A DNA stretch of 64,000 nt from Acanthaster planci (lineage: Eukaryota): the NCBI RefSeq assembly GCF_001949145.1, contig NW_019091358.1:992961-1056960 (forward strand). The letters run 5' to 3'. Positions 50,701 through 62,950 of this stretch are shown piece by piece (position 1 is the stretch's first letter; each line of letters begins with the position of its first letter). Position numbers and translations under genes: made by a program. The notes beneath the pieces are model-generated. The model was given only the letters and a program-made list of their open reading frames with translations, did no database searches and was not told the origin of the DNA.

Positions 50701-53700
50701 GCCAATATAACCGTATGGATTATTTTCCATTTCTCCCTACTTTTTCTTATACAGGTTTGCCTGTATGATTAGTATTTCGCCGTGGCACCGCGGGTCCCGG
50801 TTGGCCCGTTTTCGTCCATCCCCTGCAAGAAATCTGATTAGATTGAGAAGTTTTGGAAGATTGGAACTCTTCTAAGGAAATTGCTTGCATGTGCATTTAC
50901 TACCGTAACTCGTGCCAATATCAGCATCTGGGTCCATCAAGGCTGTTCCCCCTCTCAAGTTCGACTCTAAAATTGTTCTCAGCATTGAAATGGTCTATCA
51001 TGACTCATCCTTTTCCATGTCCATATTTCTGTTCTACAGAGGTCTGTGTTACTGCAGCCTAAGCCGCAGAGTAATCGCTTATTACAAGACCGCGGTGAAG
51101 ACAGACTTGGGAAACAATCACCCTTCGAGAAGCTTTTCTGCAGTGAAATTTTTTGCTATTTCTGTCTTTTCCATTTCGTTTTTCCCCCTCTTTTTCTGAT
51201 TTCTTTTTCTGTTTCTGACGTCATTTTCTGCCCCCAAAAGAGTTGATTGTCTTTTGCCCAACTTGCTTTCCATTGTTTGTGATGACGTAAGGTTTGTAAC
51301 TTCTGATTGGAAAGTGCACACGACTGGATGTATTTCGAGGCAAAAAAATACACAAAATAGAGAGCAGCGGGAATGGTAGAAACATGTCTTCTTCACCACC
51401 TTTATCATTCAACTGTTCCACAGTGACATGTTTCTAACGAGATACAGTGTACATGCATATTATACTTGCTTTTCAAAGCGGGTGCGTAGATGGGTGAAAA
51501 CGATACGTTAATCACGACTGATTGTGAAATTATAAATTCTAAGTATCTGTCTGAGGCCGGCTGCTCGTCACACTCTTTTAGTAATTAATCCTATCAAAGA
51601 GTTGCGTGCCATATTACAGCAAGGTCATTGGATCAATTGAGATGTCGTTTTTCACAGATCATTACCGGTAAGTTAATCCACTTTCTACGTTGTTTTCCAT
51701 CAGGTACGCTCCTGCTTACTTGGAATGTTGCAACTGGCGTCGTTTTGTTTCCCAAAAGGGGACTAAAGACCGGTCCATACGTGCTGCCATCAGAAATTCT
51801 GATTTCCTGGTCAGCAAGGCTCCTCAGTTATCTTTGCCATTGGTAATCTTTGATAGTCTTTTCTATGCTACCTGTATTGTGGACGCGTTGAATATAGATT
51901 GCAAAGTGCTAACAAGGCAGGTTGAAATGATTCCTTTCGGAATCGGTAGAGTAAGGGGCACGCCATAGCCCACATACCAGCCCATCAGCTTGGTAGTTTG
52001 CGTGGGACTTTGTCGCGTCTTTGTCTTTTGAATTGCACGTTCTTTCCAGTTTCCAACAACCCTGTATAATTTTGTTGCGGAAGTACACGTTCATGTATAT
52101 GGCTCAAGATGGATACAGGTGCTTATTTCTCACCTTTAGGATCACTCGACACAAGCGTCCATCCAAATGAGATCACCTGCCTCACTTTTGAACGGCATCT
52201 TCGTTGACGGAGTTGGCAGCAAAACCTTCAATGCATAAAATCTCAAGATTAAAAGCATTCGGCAGCGAGTGCCATGTGAAAATATCTGTCGAATGTTGAA
52301 TTAGCAGAATAAAACAACTGATATTTTCGTTGAGAAATTGATACATCCACAGACATACATCAAGGGTGACTGAATATACGTTCCTCTTTTCTTAAGAGAA
52401 ATATCTCAAAGGATACTAAATGCGACTTTGTCATTTAACTTCGAGTTAAATTGTTCCTTGCTCTAGAGATATAGATGAGGCGACACGGTCCAGAGCGCTG
52501 CCCCTCCCGGTGCATGCCGGGACAGCTACCGGGACAAGAAAGGGGCCACTTTTCGGAGTTCAGTGACACCGTCTCGCACTTTGCCCCCTCCCCTCCTCCC
52601 CCTCCTTCGCCAGACTGGAACGGATGCGGCAATTGAGGGGTAACATCCGGGCACCTGCTCCGGGCCCCGGCGAATATGACACAACTTTTACTGAAGAACT
52701 GAGCTGAGAAAAGGCAAGAGAGGAAGGCCTATGGGCTTTGCCCCGGTTGACGGCCAGAGAGTTTTTTTTCTCCGAAAATATGTGCCTCCCCTAAATAGTC
52801 AGGCCACTTTTCAGATCAAATCGGAGAAGGGCCTTGGGGACACTGACATTTTGTGTATGGTTTGGTAGATTATGGGAATTTACAAGACCGATATTAAACC
52901 CTGTAATACATGTGTAGTTTGTTGTGTGGATGAGAGACAATCATTTCCGGTTCGCTATTGTATTGTTCTTATTTTACATCGACAACAATGTTTTTGTCCG
53001 AACACTCATTCCATGCCACAAGTATGCTGAAGAGAGTTTATGTAATGTACATAAAGGCCACCAGGAAAGGATCTCACAAAACACCATTTGAACGCTGCCA
53101 TAACATTGAAAATTAGTTCAGTATTGAGCAATGCAGTATGACAGGCTAATGAATCACCGGTGTTAAAAAAAACCGTCGAGGCTCTGAAGGGAGCTCAACG
53201 TATCTAGCTGTCTTTTACTCCAACCGTACTCAAGCAGAATGATGAGAATGGTTATGTCGTACTCTGGAGATGGTCACAACAGGCTTCTTGACATTCCTCC
53301 ACTTTCCTCCGAAGCTTACGGTGCAACTGCGCGTTGTTTAAACAATTATTTTCGTTTTAGCATACAAAGTTTTTGGGTCTGTTTGCTGCCGGCGGTAGGT
53401 ATACATGTAATGCATCGTCAAATTATGACAATCTGTAACACAGGTTTAGAAATATATATTTCAAGAATCACGCTTGTCCTCAACACAGCCCTGGACTTCC
53501 CGAGGAACTGATCTGTCTTTCTACGCTCTCGACTTCTTTGGATCTTGTCCTCAAAACGGTATACCGAATGAAATGGCGAATGGCAGATCAAAATACACAC
53601 CCTCCCAAAGTTCCAGAAATCCGGTATATCACTCTGATCCACATCTCAGGAAAAAAATTATATCTATGGGGATCGAGAGAGTTTTATTTCTGCATCCATA

Positions 53701-54983
53701 TATCAGAGTAGTATTCAGCTCGGGGCCTGATTGTTGTCTTCCTGTGGAGCGATTTGCCAATCACCTCCTCTAGTTATCTTTAATCAACAACTGTTCAAGC
53801 TCTCCCACCCAGCCCCGACAGCGAGAGATGGACTTCCGATCCGACGTGCGGAGCGGACGCGCCGAGCGCCACTTCAAACCTTGCCCGGAGACAACGGGGG
53901 ATGAGACTCGATAAAGACGGTAAGGTGATATCGATGCCGAATGTGATACCGGGCGTTGGTCAGACGCAAAAAAGTGAGGATGCTGTGTGTGTCTGTTTCG
54001 GCCCGAGGAAGGATGGAGGCGAAGATGAACGGAGCGATAGGCGCTCAGACTCAAGAAATTCACCCGCGGATGACCGGATCAACCCGGCAAGGCATAACTT
54101 TTCAAATGATCAACTCAACATTTTATGCGGCCTCTTGCAAGCGCTCGGCTGTCTTTTGCTCGCAAAGGCCTGTCGCACTCAAACAGGAGCGTCATGTTTG
54201 TTATCTCTGTTAACAGCAAAAAGTTTCGCTTATTGTCCTTTTTAATTTCTAATATGTTGCGTTGNGGTTGGGATTCAGTGGAATTAGTTCAGGGTATGTT
54301 TCCAGGAGGATTATTGCTAAAGCAGGGAGCTTAAGGCATACTTCTGACACCAATCTTACCAATAAGAAATGTAAAATCCTTTAGAACTTCGAGAGGCCGT
54401 CTTTCGCCCTCTCCTTTTATTCCTAAACCCTAAAAGAGCCAGGTTATTCTGGACCATCTAAAAAACCATTTCGCAAGCATGTAAAGAACGCGCCTTACAA
54501 GTACCGAGGTGAAGTTTTACAATGGTTTTGTTGTTATGGTGATTTTTTTGAAGTTCAGAGCGAAAGCCTGCCAGTCCATGTGCATTGAGCGCGGCAGTGG
54601 AAAAGTATATACTTGTGGCTAACCTGTCTTGGAAAAATTGGCACTACATGAGAACGATATGCTCAATTTTAAGCAAATTGGTATCAAAATGACCGCAAAG
54701 AGATGCTCAGCCCATGAATTTACATACGTGAATTTTCCCGATCTTGCACTTTGTGCATCCAAGTGCACTCGAAAGAATTCCCATCGTCTGCGGTAAGTGA
54801 GGCGCACACATAGAGCTATTAATATAGTAAGACTCTTTATATAATTACAGCTGTATGGGTGCACTAAATCGATATGATGTCCCTGATCTGAAACCGTGGC
54901 AGTACTCGAATGTCTCGTCCAGAGCTAGCTGGTAGGTCTTCGCCCACTGAAAATACATGGGGACGTGCTGACAGTACGGGTAG

Positions 54984-55284
54984 CGGTGGTGCATCCAGGA
55001 TAAGTCGACCCGGTGGGAGGGGGCTTGAACTGGAACTCCATCCCCCCAACCCCCGCCACCAAAAAACCCAACTCAGTCTCCTTCCCCTGCCTTGGTTGTG
55101 CCAGAGACGATGGATGGACGGCTGTATCAAAGCTAGTAGTTTAAGATGCAGCTCTTTATTGCATCTTCGTTTTTCAGAATGAAGAAAAAAAAAAGAAAAT
55201 TTCAGTGGAGGGACAAGTCTGTCGAGGCCTGTCCCCCTCCTTGGGGGTGTACTGCTTAGCTCAGGAAGCCCGATTCGGCCACTG
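54984..55284. mobile_element. Probable decayed hAT-type MITE just upstream of METTL12
   Basis: Ends CGGTGGTGCATCCAGG and CGATTCGGCCACTG resemble the CAGTGGCG.../...CGCCACTG family. Flanking 8-mers ACGGGTAG and ACGGCCTG match only 5/8. Confidence 0.4.
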
Positions 55285-55370
55285 ACGGCCTGTAATAAAA
55301 CTCTGTCAAAAACCCCCAGATAACTGTGGAGTGCGCCCTCCAGAGTAGTAGCATGGAAAGTCGTGTGAAA

Positions 55371-55518
55371 ATGGCTGCGTCCATAAAGCACGTGAGATTA
55401 TTGAGCGTGATGCAGAAACGATTTGTTTTTGACGTTGGAATAGTTCTCAGCATCCCAAGAGTCTGTCATCAATTATATCGCGGCAGATTGAGCTGGCATG
55501 GGATCAGATATTTTTCAT
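55371..55518 (+). CDS. METTL12: METTL12/CSKMT exon 1, mitochondrial targeting peptide
   Basis: AAAATGGCTGCG start. MAASIKHVRLLSVMQKRF...RYFS is Arg-rich and acid-poor. The GTACGT donor at 55519 is phase 1 and matches the phase of the acceptor at 56577 (T+CA=Ser). An alternative in-frame ATG exists at 55353. Confidence 0.8.
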
Positions 55519-56577
55519 GTACGTCTGCTGAATTTGTACGATGTATTTTATACTAGTAGGCTATAGCCTATAGGCCTATAAGCCTGGGCCTAGTAATAGT
55601 ATTGTTACTAGCCCCACTAGTGTGGCACGGACTCTCATTCCTGATCCATCCTTAGCCACACATCTGTATGCGCAATTTCGTGTCGGCGTACTGAACGTTT
55701 TCGGCGCACCCACTTAACATCGTGGGCGCAATTTCTTTTGCACACATGATCTTTGACCTTTCCGTTTTCTATAAACCATTTATTGAATGATTTCACTCAC
55801 GTTATTCAGGTATTTTCCAGTCTTTTTGCCTATATCCCTTCAATCTAACAGGCTCGCTCTCTCAGTCACCATCTTTAAAGTAAGGTTGTTGAACAATACG
55901 TCACTTGACCCCTCATCATCTCGACGCCTGTTCCATGTCAAGACATCTAAACTGCTGCCAAAGTTTTGGAAGAGCCCGTTGGTACATGTAGTATCTTATC
56001 GCTCAGTCTGATGCATGAAACAGGGTTTCCCTTGTCTGCCTATTCAAGTGATTTTAGTGACCACCTTGGGCCTTTTCTGTTGAATTGTACCACCTCAACC
56101 TTAAATTAGACAAATATGGAAGGAAAAAGCCCAAAAACAAAAACTTAGATATTTTGTAATTGATCAGTTTTAAATCATTCAGAGAGGGACACAGAATACA
56201 AGATCAATTTATTTTAGAGGGGAAATTTGGACTATATAGAATTTATTTTAGGCCGGGTTTGAAAGCACTCAATTTTGTTTTAGGCACTAGAATTTTGGCA
56301 AAATTTTTTTCACCACCTCAAACATATCAGTACCCCAGGGGAAACCCTTGCGTAAAACTAATTTGGGGGCTTTCAACACACTTTTGGAAGGAATGGAAGT
56401 AAAAAATTGCCGTGAGACAAATGATTCTGCAAGAAAGGTTGGTTTTTTTTTTTCAAACCAGATGATAGCTGCTTAAAATGAGATTCTGTAGAGTGTTCAT
56501 GAAGTTTTCATTAGTATACATGTGTTGTGTTTTTTTCACAATTATTGAATGCTTTTCTCCCTACTCAATCCATACAG

Positions 56578-57242
56578 CAAACGAATCTTACCGCAGCAAT
56601 ACAGGAACAAGAAAATACTGGGACGATTTTTACAATGAGAGAAAAAGTGCGAGTGGCCAATCATTTGATTGGTTCTTTGCTCATGATGTAGCCAATCAGT
56701 GGCTGGCCGAGTGCATCTTCACAGGGAAGACTGGGCGAGTCAATGTTGTAAATGTCCTTGAACTTGGCTGTGGGACGTCCACTCTCGCCAGTAACCTACT
56801 GAAAGGCAATGGGGACATCATGAGTGTCGTCTGCCTGGATTTTGCTCTCAGTGCAGTGGGGCAAGCACAGTCCATCTCCAGGAAGATCTGCTCCTCGGGC
56901 AGGGAGTCTCTCCAGTTTATAGCGGCCGACGCAAGCAGACTCCCCTTCAGAAATGACCAGTTCGACGTGGTGTTTGAGAAGGGCACGTTTGATGCCATGC
57001 TGAACGGTGGCAGGTCTGGCCTGGCTAGGCTGTCCTTCGGCGAGACTGTTCGCGTATTGAGCTCCCAGGGAATATTCTTGCAGTTTTCTGACGAAAATCC
57101 TGATATACGACTGTCTTTTCTTGAAGAAGCTCTTCGAGAATCTGGCATGGACCGAACTCAAGCTTCTGTAACTTTCCAAGATGTTGGTTGTTCGTATGGT
57201 GTGGAATACTTCTTGTACTCAACAAAACTAAGTAAATTATAG
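56578..57242 (+). CDS. METTL12: METTL12/CSKMT exon 2, class I SAM-dependent citrate synthase lysine N-methyltransferase
   Basis: Motifs YWD..Y, FDWFF, VLELGCGTS, EKGTFDA and RVLSSQGIFLQFSDENPDIRL match METTL12. Pyrimidine tract + CAG acceptor at 56575-56577; AATAAA at 57298-57303. Confidence 0.92.
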
Positions 57243-58814
57243 TTTTCCTGAAACTTCAAAGTAATTGTTACTCTATACTTCTTTCATGATTCATGTGAAT
57301 AAACTAGCACCTTCAATTACCCAATTCCTTCACCCAATTCCCACCTGAAAGGGCCAGTGACAGGAAGTTTACTTTGAAATGTATTTTGAGAAACTTTGCA
57401 TTCCTCTCAAGTGTGTGGAAACTGCTTCAGGTCCTTTTTTGACATTTTTATAGAGTGCACTTTTTCAATTGTTTAAAGCTTTCGATGCTTTGTCTAACAA
57501 GTAAAAGCACTCTTGCTTTGATGTCATTTCAGGAGGACTCTTCATTTTAGGTTTTTTTTCAGATCAAATTGTAATATGGAGGCAAAATTTGCTCATTAAA
57601 ACTACATGTATGTCATATACTGAAATATCAAATCACTGAGAGGAAAAAGCAAGAATGCAAAACATCCAAAATCCTGGCAAGTTCTTGAACTGAAATAGCT
57701 GCGCAGCTCTTTGGATGACATCACAATGTGCTCATGAATATGCAAATCCGCGCTGGTGTCAGTATAGAAATAAATATCGAATGAGACCCCAAAAGAACCA
57801 AAATGCCAGGCAAATCTTACCAGGGCCTTTCCCAGTTGATAGGAAATTGCTGTAATAGTTCAGTTCAGTACGGGGAAGTGTGTTCTTCGGTTATCAACGC
57901 GATCCAATGGTCTGGATAGTGTTGAGCTGGACCTAAAATTTAACCTATTTTTGTTCGGTGAACACAATTTCCCTGAACAGTACCCCTTCCCAATTTGGCT
58001 TTGTTGTTGGCAACGCCCTTAATGTTTTACATTTGTTTTTAAATCTGTTTCCCAAAAATATTCCTCAAAATGATGGTGTTCACGATCAGCAAAATGGGCT
58101 CTTGCGTCAAATGCGTAAACAATCAGCACAGAAAGTACGGAGAATGGCAACGATTCATAGGAAATGGATGTTAACATCACAACCTAATCTGACTCCGGTA
58201 TGTACAGTTATTTCCTCTTCACCATCTATAAATCAACCCCCGCTCCCGAGTGATTTCCGCCATGAGTCTGTACTGCGACTCTCTTTATTGCCTTCCTAAG
58301 ATGATGTGACAAAACAGTCGACCATTAAGAGCCATATTTCAGGGAAAGAATGCACTGGACTTCTAACCTTAATTTCCTCGTCAACGGTGTTATTTTCCAT
58401 CTTTCAGATACAGATTTCACGTGGTTAAGTTCCGCACTCGACTTAAAGGTTCTGGATGGATCAAGCTGCCAAGTTCATGTACATGTACTCAGTGCATACG
58501 GTGTATGTAATCATTGTGAACGTGGTCGCGGTGTAATAAAATGAGCACGCAAGAAGTTCTCCTACTTTCTGTATTTAGAAGAGCCCGTAGAATTCAGTAT
58601 CAAGCTGGGGTCAGAGCCAACGTGACTCTCCCCAGTAATTGCGTTCATGAAAACTGCCTTGGAGCTGAGGTTAAGGCGAATGAACTTCCTCTTTGGAGAA
58701 ATAAGCATTCACTAGATGCACTTACAGCTCATACATTGCAATTGAAAGTGAACCCAGGAATGTGAAATTCTCTTTACACTTTTGCTCTTCGCAGGGAGTT
58801 CATTTTCATTTAAC

Positions 58815-59010
58815 AAACCGTGAAAATGTTCACCAAAGTGGGGAGATTTTACAAATTTTCACGCACGTGGAAAAATATTGTCACAGATCTCACACAAGTG
58901 TGGGGAAAGGTTTTTACAGATTTTCTCACAAGTCGGACAGATTTTCCCAACTTTCCGGAAAGTAGGAAACATTTTCCCTCTTTTCACACAAGTGGGAAAT
59001 TATTTTCGCG
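58815..59010. repeat. Degenerate ~30-bp tandem repeat (TTTTCACACAAGTGGGAAA-like)
   Basis: About six diverged units with recurring CACAAGT / ATTTT motifs. Confidence 0.6.
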
Positions 59011-59716
59011 CTGAGTGAAATATGAGTGTAGATAAACGTGGAAGCGAATTCTTTCCACACAGTTTCTCACTCCAGTTAGTAGTGTAACCTTTGACCTGCA
59101 GTGTACCGTATGTAGTGCAAAGACCACAGCGTGAAAAACAACGATAGCAGAACGTTCTCAGTAGACTTTCACGTCGAGTATGTTATTGTGGCAGGAGCCA
59201 TCTGCTATCATGTGTCGAAAACTAGAAACCGTTAACTCGTAGACGACAGCCACCGTTTTGTGTTGAGTACTTGTGCTGTGCAGACAGAATTAAGCAAAGC
59301 TGGAAATGACAATTAAAGCTTCGTTTTTTCCCCTTTTTCTTTGAGTTAATTTGGTAGGATGCTTCTATGGTTTTCTTTTCTATACTAATAACTAGTTTAT
59401 ATAAGTGTTCTGTGTCAGTTTATCTTCAGCTGGCAAGATAAGAAATTATTCCATATTTGCTCTTTCAGGAAATACTTAGAAAATATTCTACTGTCACATA
59501 TCTCTATTAGGCCGTATGCAATTCATTCACTTCCATTGGCGTAACGGCTTCCCGTTATTATGAATATTTGAAATGAACACATCGTCTTGTGCAAGCTGTA
59601 GTTAATTGTTTTTAGTTCCTCTTGAAAAAAATGTTTGCACAACTTGGTGTCCCTCACGTCAATTCAGTTCCGTCACTGAGCCAATGTCTATTTGTTTTTC
59701 AGTCAATTCAATGATT

Positions 59717-60382
59717 TTAAAGCTGCTTTTCTTGTCGCCTGTGCGCCTTTTCATGCTGAACCAGATCATAGTCGCTGTCCATATTCGTCCCACAGTATCT
59801 ACAAGTCTTCATCTCCTTGGCGTGGATCCGCCAGTGACGCTTGAAATTGGTCTTGTACTTGAACGTCTCGCCGCAGATGGTGCACAGATGCGGCTCCCGC
59901 GCTGAGTGCGAGCGCTGATGGTTGGTCAGGCTCAGCTTGTGTTTGAAAGACCGGCGGCACAGTGGGCAGTTCAGGGCCGACGCAAGTGAAGATGACGACG
60001 ACGCGGAGTGGTGGGCGGCCGGCTCACCGTTATTAGCCGGGGTAGCACCCCAATTAGCGCTCAGATGGGGGAAGAAAGCTGTGTCGTAGGTCTGATCATG
60101 GAGGTCTTTTCCTATCTCCATGGTCTGATGACGATTCAGCAGCTGATGGTCCGGGCCGCTCCCGCTGGTACCGTAGGAACCGGAATCGAACACAGGCAGG
60201 TGAGGAGCCTGGAGGGCCATCGTGACGGGACTAAGTTGGTCCTCGGCGGGGCAGCCCTCATGGTGGAAGACGGGCACTGACTGCTCATCCAGCCCGATTG
60301 ACAGGTCCTTAGATGTCATTAGGTCGGGCATCATGAAGTCTGGCACAAATGCAAAATCCTCGTTATTGTTGGGATCCTCCAT
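59717..60382 (-). CDS. C2H2 zinc-finger protein with three fingers (221 aa)
   Basis: Fingers CPLC..HQRSH, CTIC..HWRIH and CRYC..HEKAH; acidic N-terminus. An in-frame stop lies upstream of the ATG. A minus-strand acceptor at 60414-60413 implies a 5'UTR intron (candidate GTAAGT donor at 60642). Confidence 0.9.
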   Translation of the reverse strand: MEDPNNNEDFAFVPDFMMPDLMTSKDLSIGLDEQSVPVFHHEGCPAEDQLSPVTMALQAPHLPVFDSGSYGTSGSGPDHQLLNRHQTMEIGKDLHDQTYDTAFFPHLSANWGATPANNGEPAAHHSASSSSSLASALNCPLCRRSFKHKLSLTNHQRSHSAREPHLCTICGETFKYKTNFKRHWRIHAKEMKTCRYCGTNMDSDYDLVQHEKAHRRQEKQL

Positions 60383-61199
60383 GTCTAGTTGGGCTACTCA
60401 ACGACGAATTGCCTACAACGAGCAGAAACGCATAAAGAATATAGAGCTAGAAGTGATAGACTATTGATTTTGAAATACCAAACGCAATACACACAATCGT
60501 TCCTTGACGTGATTAGGAGTCTGAGGAATAACTGACTTTCTGGGTTAGGCATGGAGCCCGCTTGAATAATTTTCTTTAGCACTTCTCTTTTCACTTCTCA
60601 AGCAAAGCTCTCCTTGGCCAAAATCTTATTTCGTTTACTTACTCCAGTATTCCAGCATTATGAGAGGGAGGGATGCCCCTCGGTTCCCCCAATTCCTCTC
60701 GGAATTTTGAGAAAAAAAGACCGAGCATTCATCGTATGAAATGAAAGCAAGATAGCACCCAGTTTCATGCACGGGCCGTAGAAAAATCACTCAAAATGGA
60801 TTTAAAGAGGGCGATTATTTCTATGACTCGTATCTTTGGGTGCAACGTTTAACTTTGCTGAGGAAAACCCTTTCTCCAAGTGGAAAAAAGACAGTGCCAA
60901 AATTATTCCTGCACTTTATTGCAGCATGATTTTCACTTGGCAAACCGTATGCTATATTGAGTATGCCATGCAGGATCAATGACTCGGAGATACATTTAAT
61001 TTACTGTCAATGTACATGTATGAGTATACTTCATAGTACACTGTTCACTGTCCCTGCCTAAATCTCTCATTTCTACATGGATTTTTATACAGGTAGCGAA
61101 TTAGTTGATCATTGAAAAAGAAAATGATTAAAAACCCATTGTCATATTTTTATTTTCCTCTTAAGCTTGATTATTTTTATTGCGCTCTTAAGTTAATAT

Positions 61200-61353
61200 T
61201 ATTAACTTTCCGGTGCACGATTAACTGAATACAGTACCAAAACGCAACCTGGTTTACTAGACCTACACTGACACCAGATGGCGCTATTGCATGTCTCTGA
61301 AAACCGGAACCACTTCCAAACGTAAACATTATTAATTGACTGCGGGAGTCAAC
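61200..61353. promoter_or_regulatory. ACSS1 promoter, possibly bidirectional with the zinc-finger gene
   Basis: ETS-like TTCCGG (~61207) and CCGGAA (~61304), CTCF-like CACCAGATGGCGCTA at 61272-61286, and YY1-like AACATGGCGG over the start codon. The divergent ATGs are under 1 kb apart. Confidence 0.5.
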
Positions 61354-61726
61354 ATGGCGGGGCTACAGAAGAGCCTTTTGTTGGCAAAAACTTGCTACAT
61401 TTCTGGACATGCGAAAGTAATTTCGGCCCTCGTCACCGGCTTCAGGCAACCACATTTTACAAGATGCCTATCTACCTCGCTTCCGCACCCTGCAAACCAA
61501 GTATCTACGGTGCATATTCCAGAACTGGAAACTTTTGAAAAGATGGGCCACACTTTCGAAAGTCACCAGCAACTGTATCAGTTTTCGCTGCGTGAACCAG
61601 ACAAGTTCTGGGGGACGCTAGCCCGGTCGAGGCTACGCTGGTACAAGGACTTTGATAAGGTCTCGGAAGTCGATTGGGCCGAGGGGAAAAACGCCTGGTT
61701 TCTAGGAGGAAAGATTAACGTGTCTG
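61354..61726 (+). CDS. ACSS1: Mitochondrial acetyl-CoA synthetase, first coding exon (gene continues beyond the window)
   Basis: Transit-peptide-like N-terminus, then LYQFSLREPDKFWGTLARSRLRW...WFLGGKINVS typical of the ACSS1 N-terminal domain. GTAAGT donor at 61727 (phase 1). No second exon was found before 64000. Confidence 0.92.
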
Positions 61727-61745
61727 GTAAGTAACAACTAAGTCT

Positions 61746-62576
61746 GTATGTGGGTCATCTCGTACACGGGACAACTCGTACCCAGGTCAACTTGTGCCCC
61801 AGTCAACTCGTGCCTGAGTCAATTTGTACTCGAGTCAACGTACCCTTGCATGTATTACTGTCTTCAGTGGACATCTTAGCAATGGCTGCTTTGCTTGCAA
61901 ACAATCAACTTTTTAATTAATTTTAATTTATTGCATTGTACAATCCTCTCCTTCACTTCAAAAAATCCTTGGGCAGTGTTGTATCCGACACCTTGATGTC
62001 CAAGACCGAAACCATGGCATACGATACCAAGACCGATACCTACTCCTTCAAGACCAGGACTTCCAGACCGAGACTTTTGCAGGTCGAGACCGAGACCAAC
62101 CATAAAGCAATGTTTAGTTTTTACCAAAAGGTAAATAGGGACAAACATATGGCAGTACAGTTAAGTACAAAAGAAATAAAATGAAAACATTAGAATAAAC
62201 TCACACACACAAATAGGTCAGATTTTTGGACCACTGTGCAAACCAAATCTTGTCGCGCACCGGAGCGCTAGTTTTCCTTCCAGAGTTGCCTTTGATCGAG
62301 CACAAGTCCTACTCTGATCAGTATCCAATCAAAATTTTTGCACGGCCATTTATGACATTGGCCTAATATGGAACGTAAGGGCGTGGCTACCGGAGATTGG
62401 CAAACATAATGCTAAGTTTGAATATATGTAAGCACAATTGGATGTAGTGAGAATTTGGAATTGTTGTGCAGCGGAAATGTCGTACCGGTATGTTGCGTGG
62501 TCTCGGTTGATTATTAGTGAAATCTCACCGCGTGCTTTTTACACGAGTTGTCCTGGGTACGGGGGGTCCTAGATAC
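61746..62576. mobile_element. Foldback-type non-autonomous element with tandem 15-bp subterminal units
   Basis: The left arm 61746-61845 has ~6 units of GTCAACTCGTACCC(C/A). The right arm 62543-62576 (ACGAGTTGTCCTGGGTACG...AGATAC) is its reverse complement. TSD not resolved. Confidence 0.7.
61974..62100. mobile_element. Nested MITE fragment with (C)AAGACC/GAGACC repeats
   Basis: Starts CAGTGTTGTA and contains repeated AGACCGAGACC-like units. It lies inside the foldback element. Confidence 0.5.
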
Positions 62577-62950
62577 TAGCTAGCTAAATTTCACATTGTT
62601 GGGACATTTTATCACTTTCTGGTACGGAATTATCTTGGAAATGTTGCATCTCTTGGAGTGATACGTTTGCTGTTTTCTGACCTAGTTGTGTCATTGGGAA
62701 TGCTATTCCTATTACAACATTTTAAGTGAAATTTTGTGTTGTCCGTGTATGGAACTCTTTCCAAATGCTCAACAACTCTTGACAATAAAATAGATCGTCT
62801 GCCTTAAGGCTAATCAAAATAAATGGCTTGTTTATCATCCCTCAAAGTCAATTCTTTTGGCTGGGAGGGCGAGGGCCTTTGATACCTGATATTTGCACTG
62901 TGATGCTATTGACACAAATGTCTTGGGGTTTGTAGGTCAGACACTATTCA

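Noticed and set aside
55620..55750. Possible H/ACA snoRNA in the METTL12 intron
   Set aside because: One hairpin and an ACA are present, but no proper ANANNA H box. A covariance-model search would be needed.
56478..56577. N-terminal part of the 254-aa ORF
   Set aside because: Intronic T-rich tract ending in a phase-compatible acceptor.
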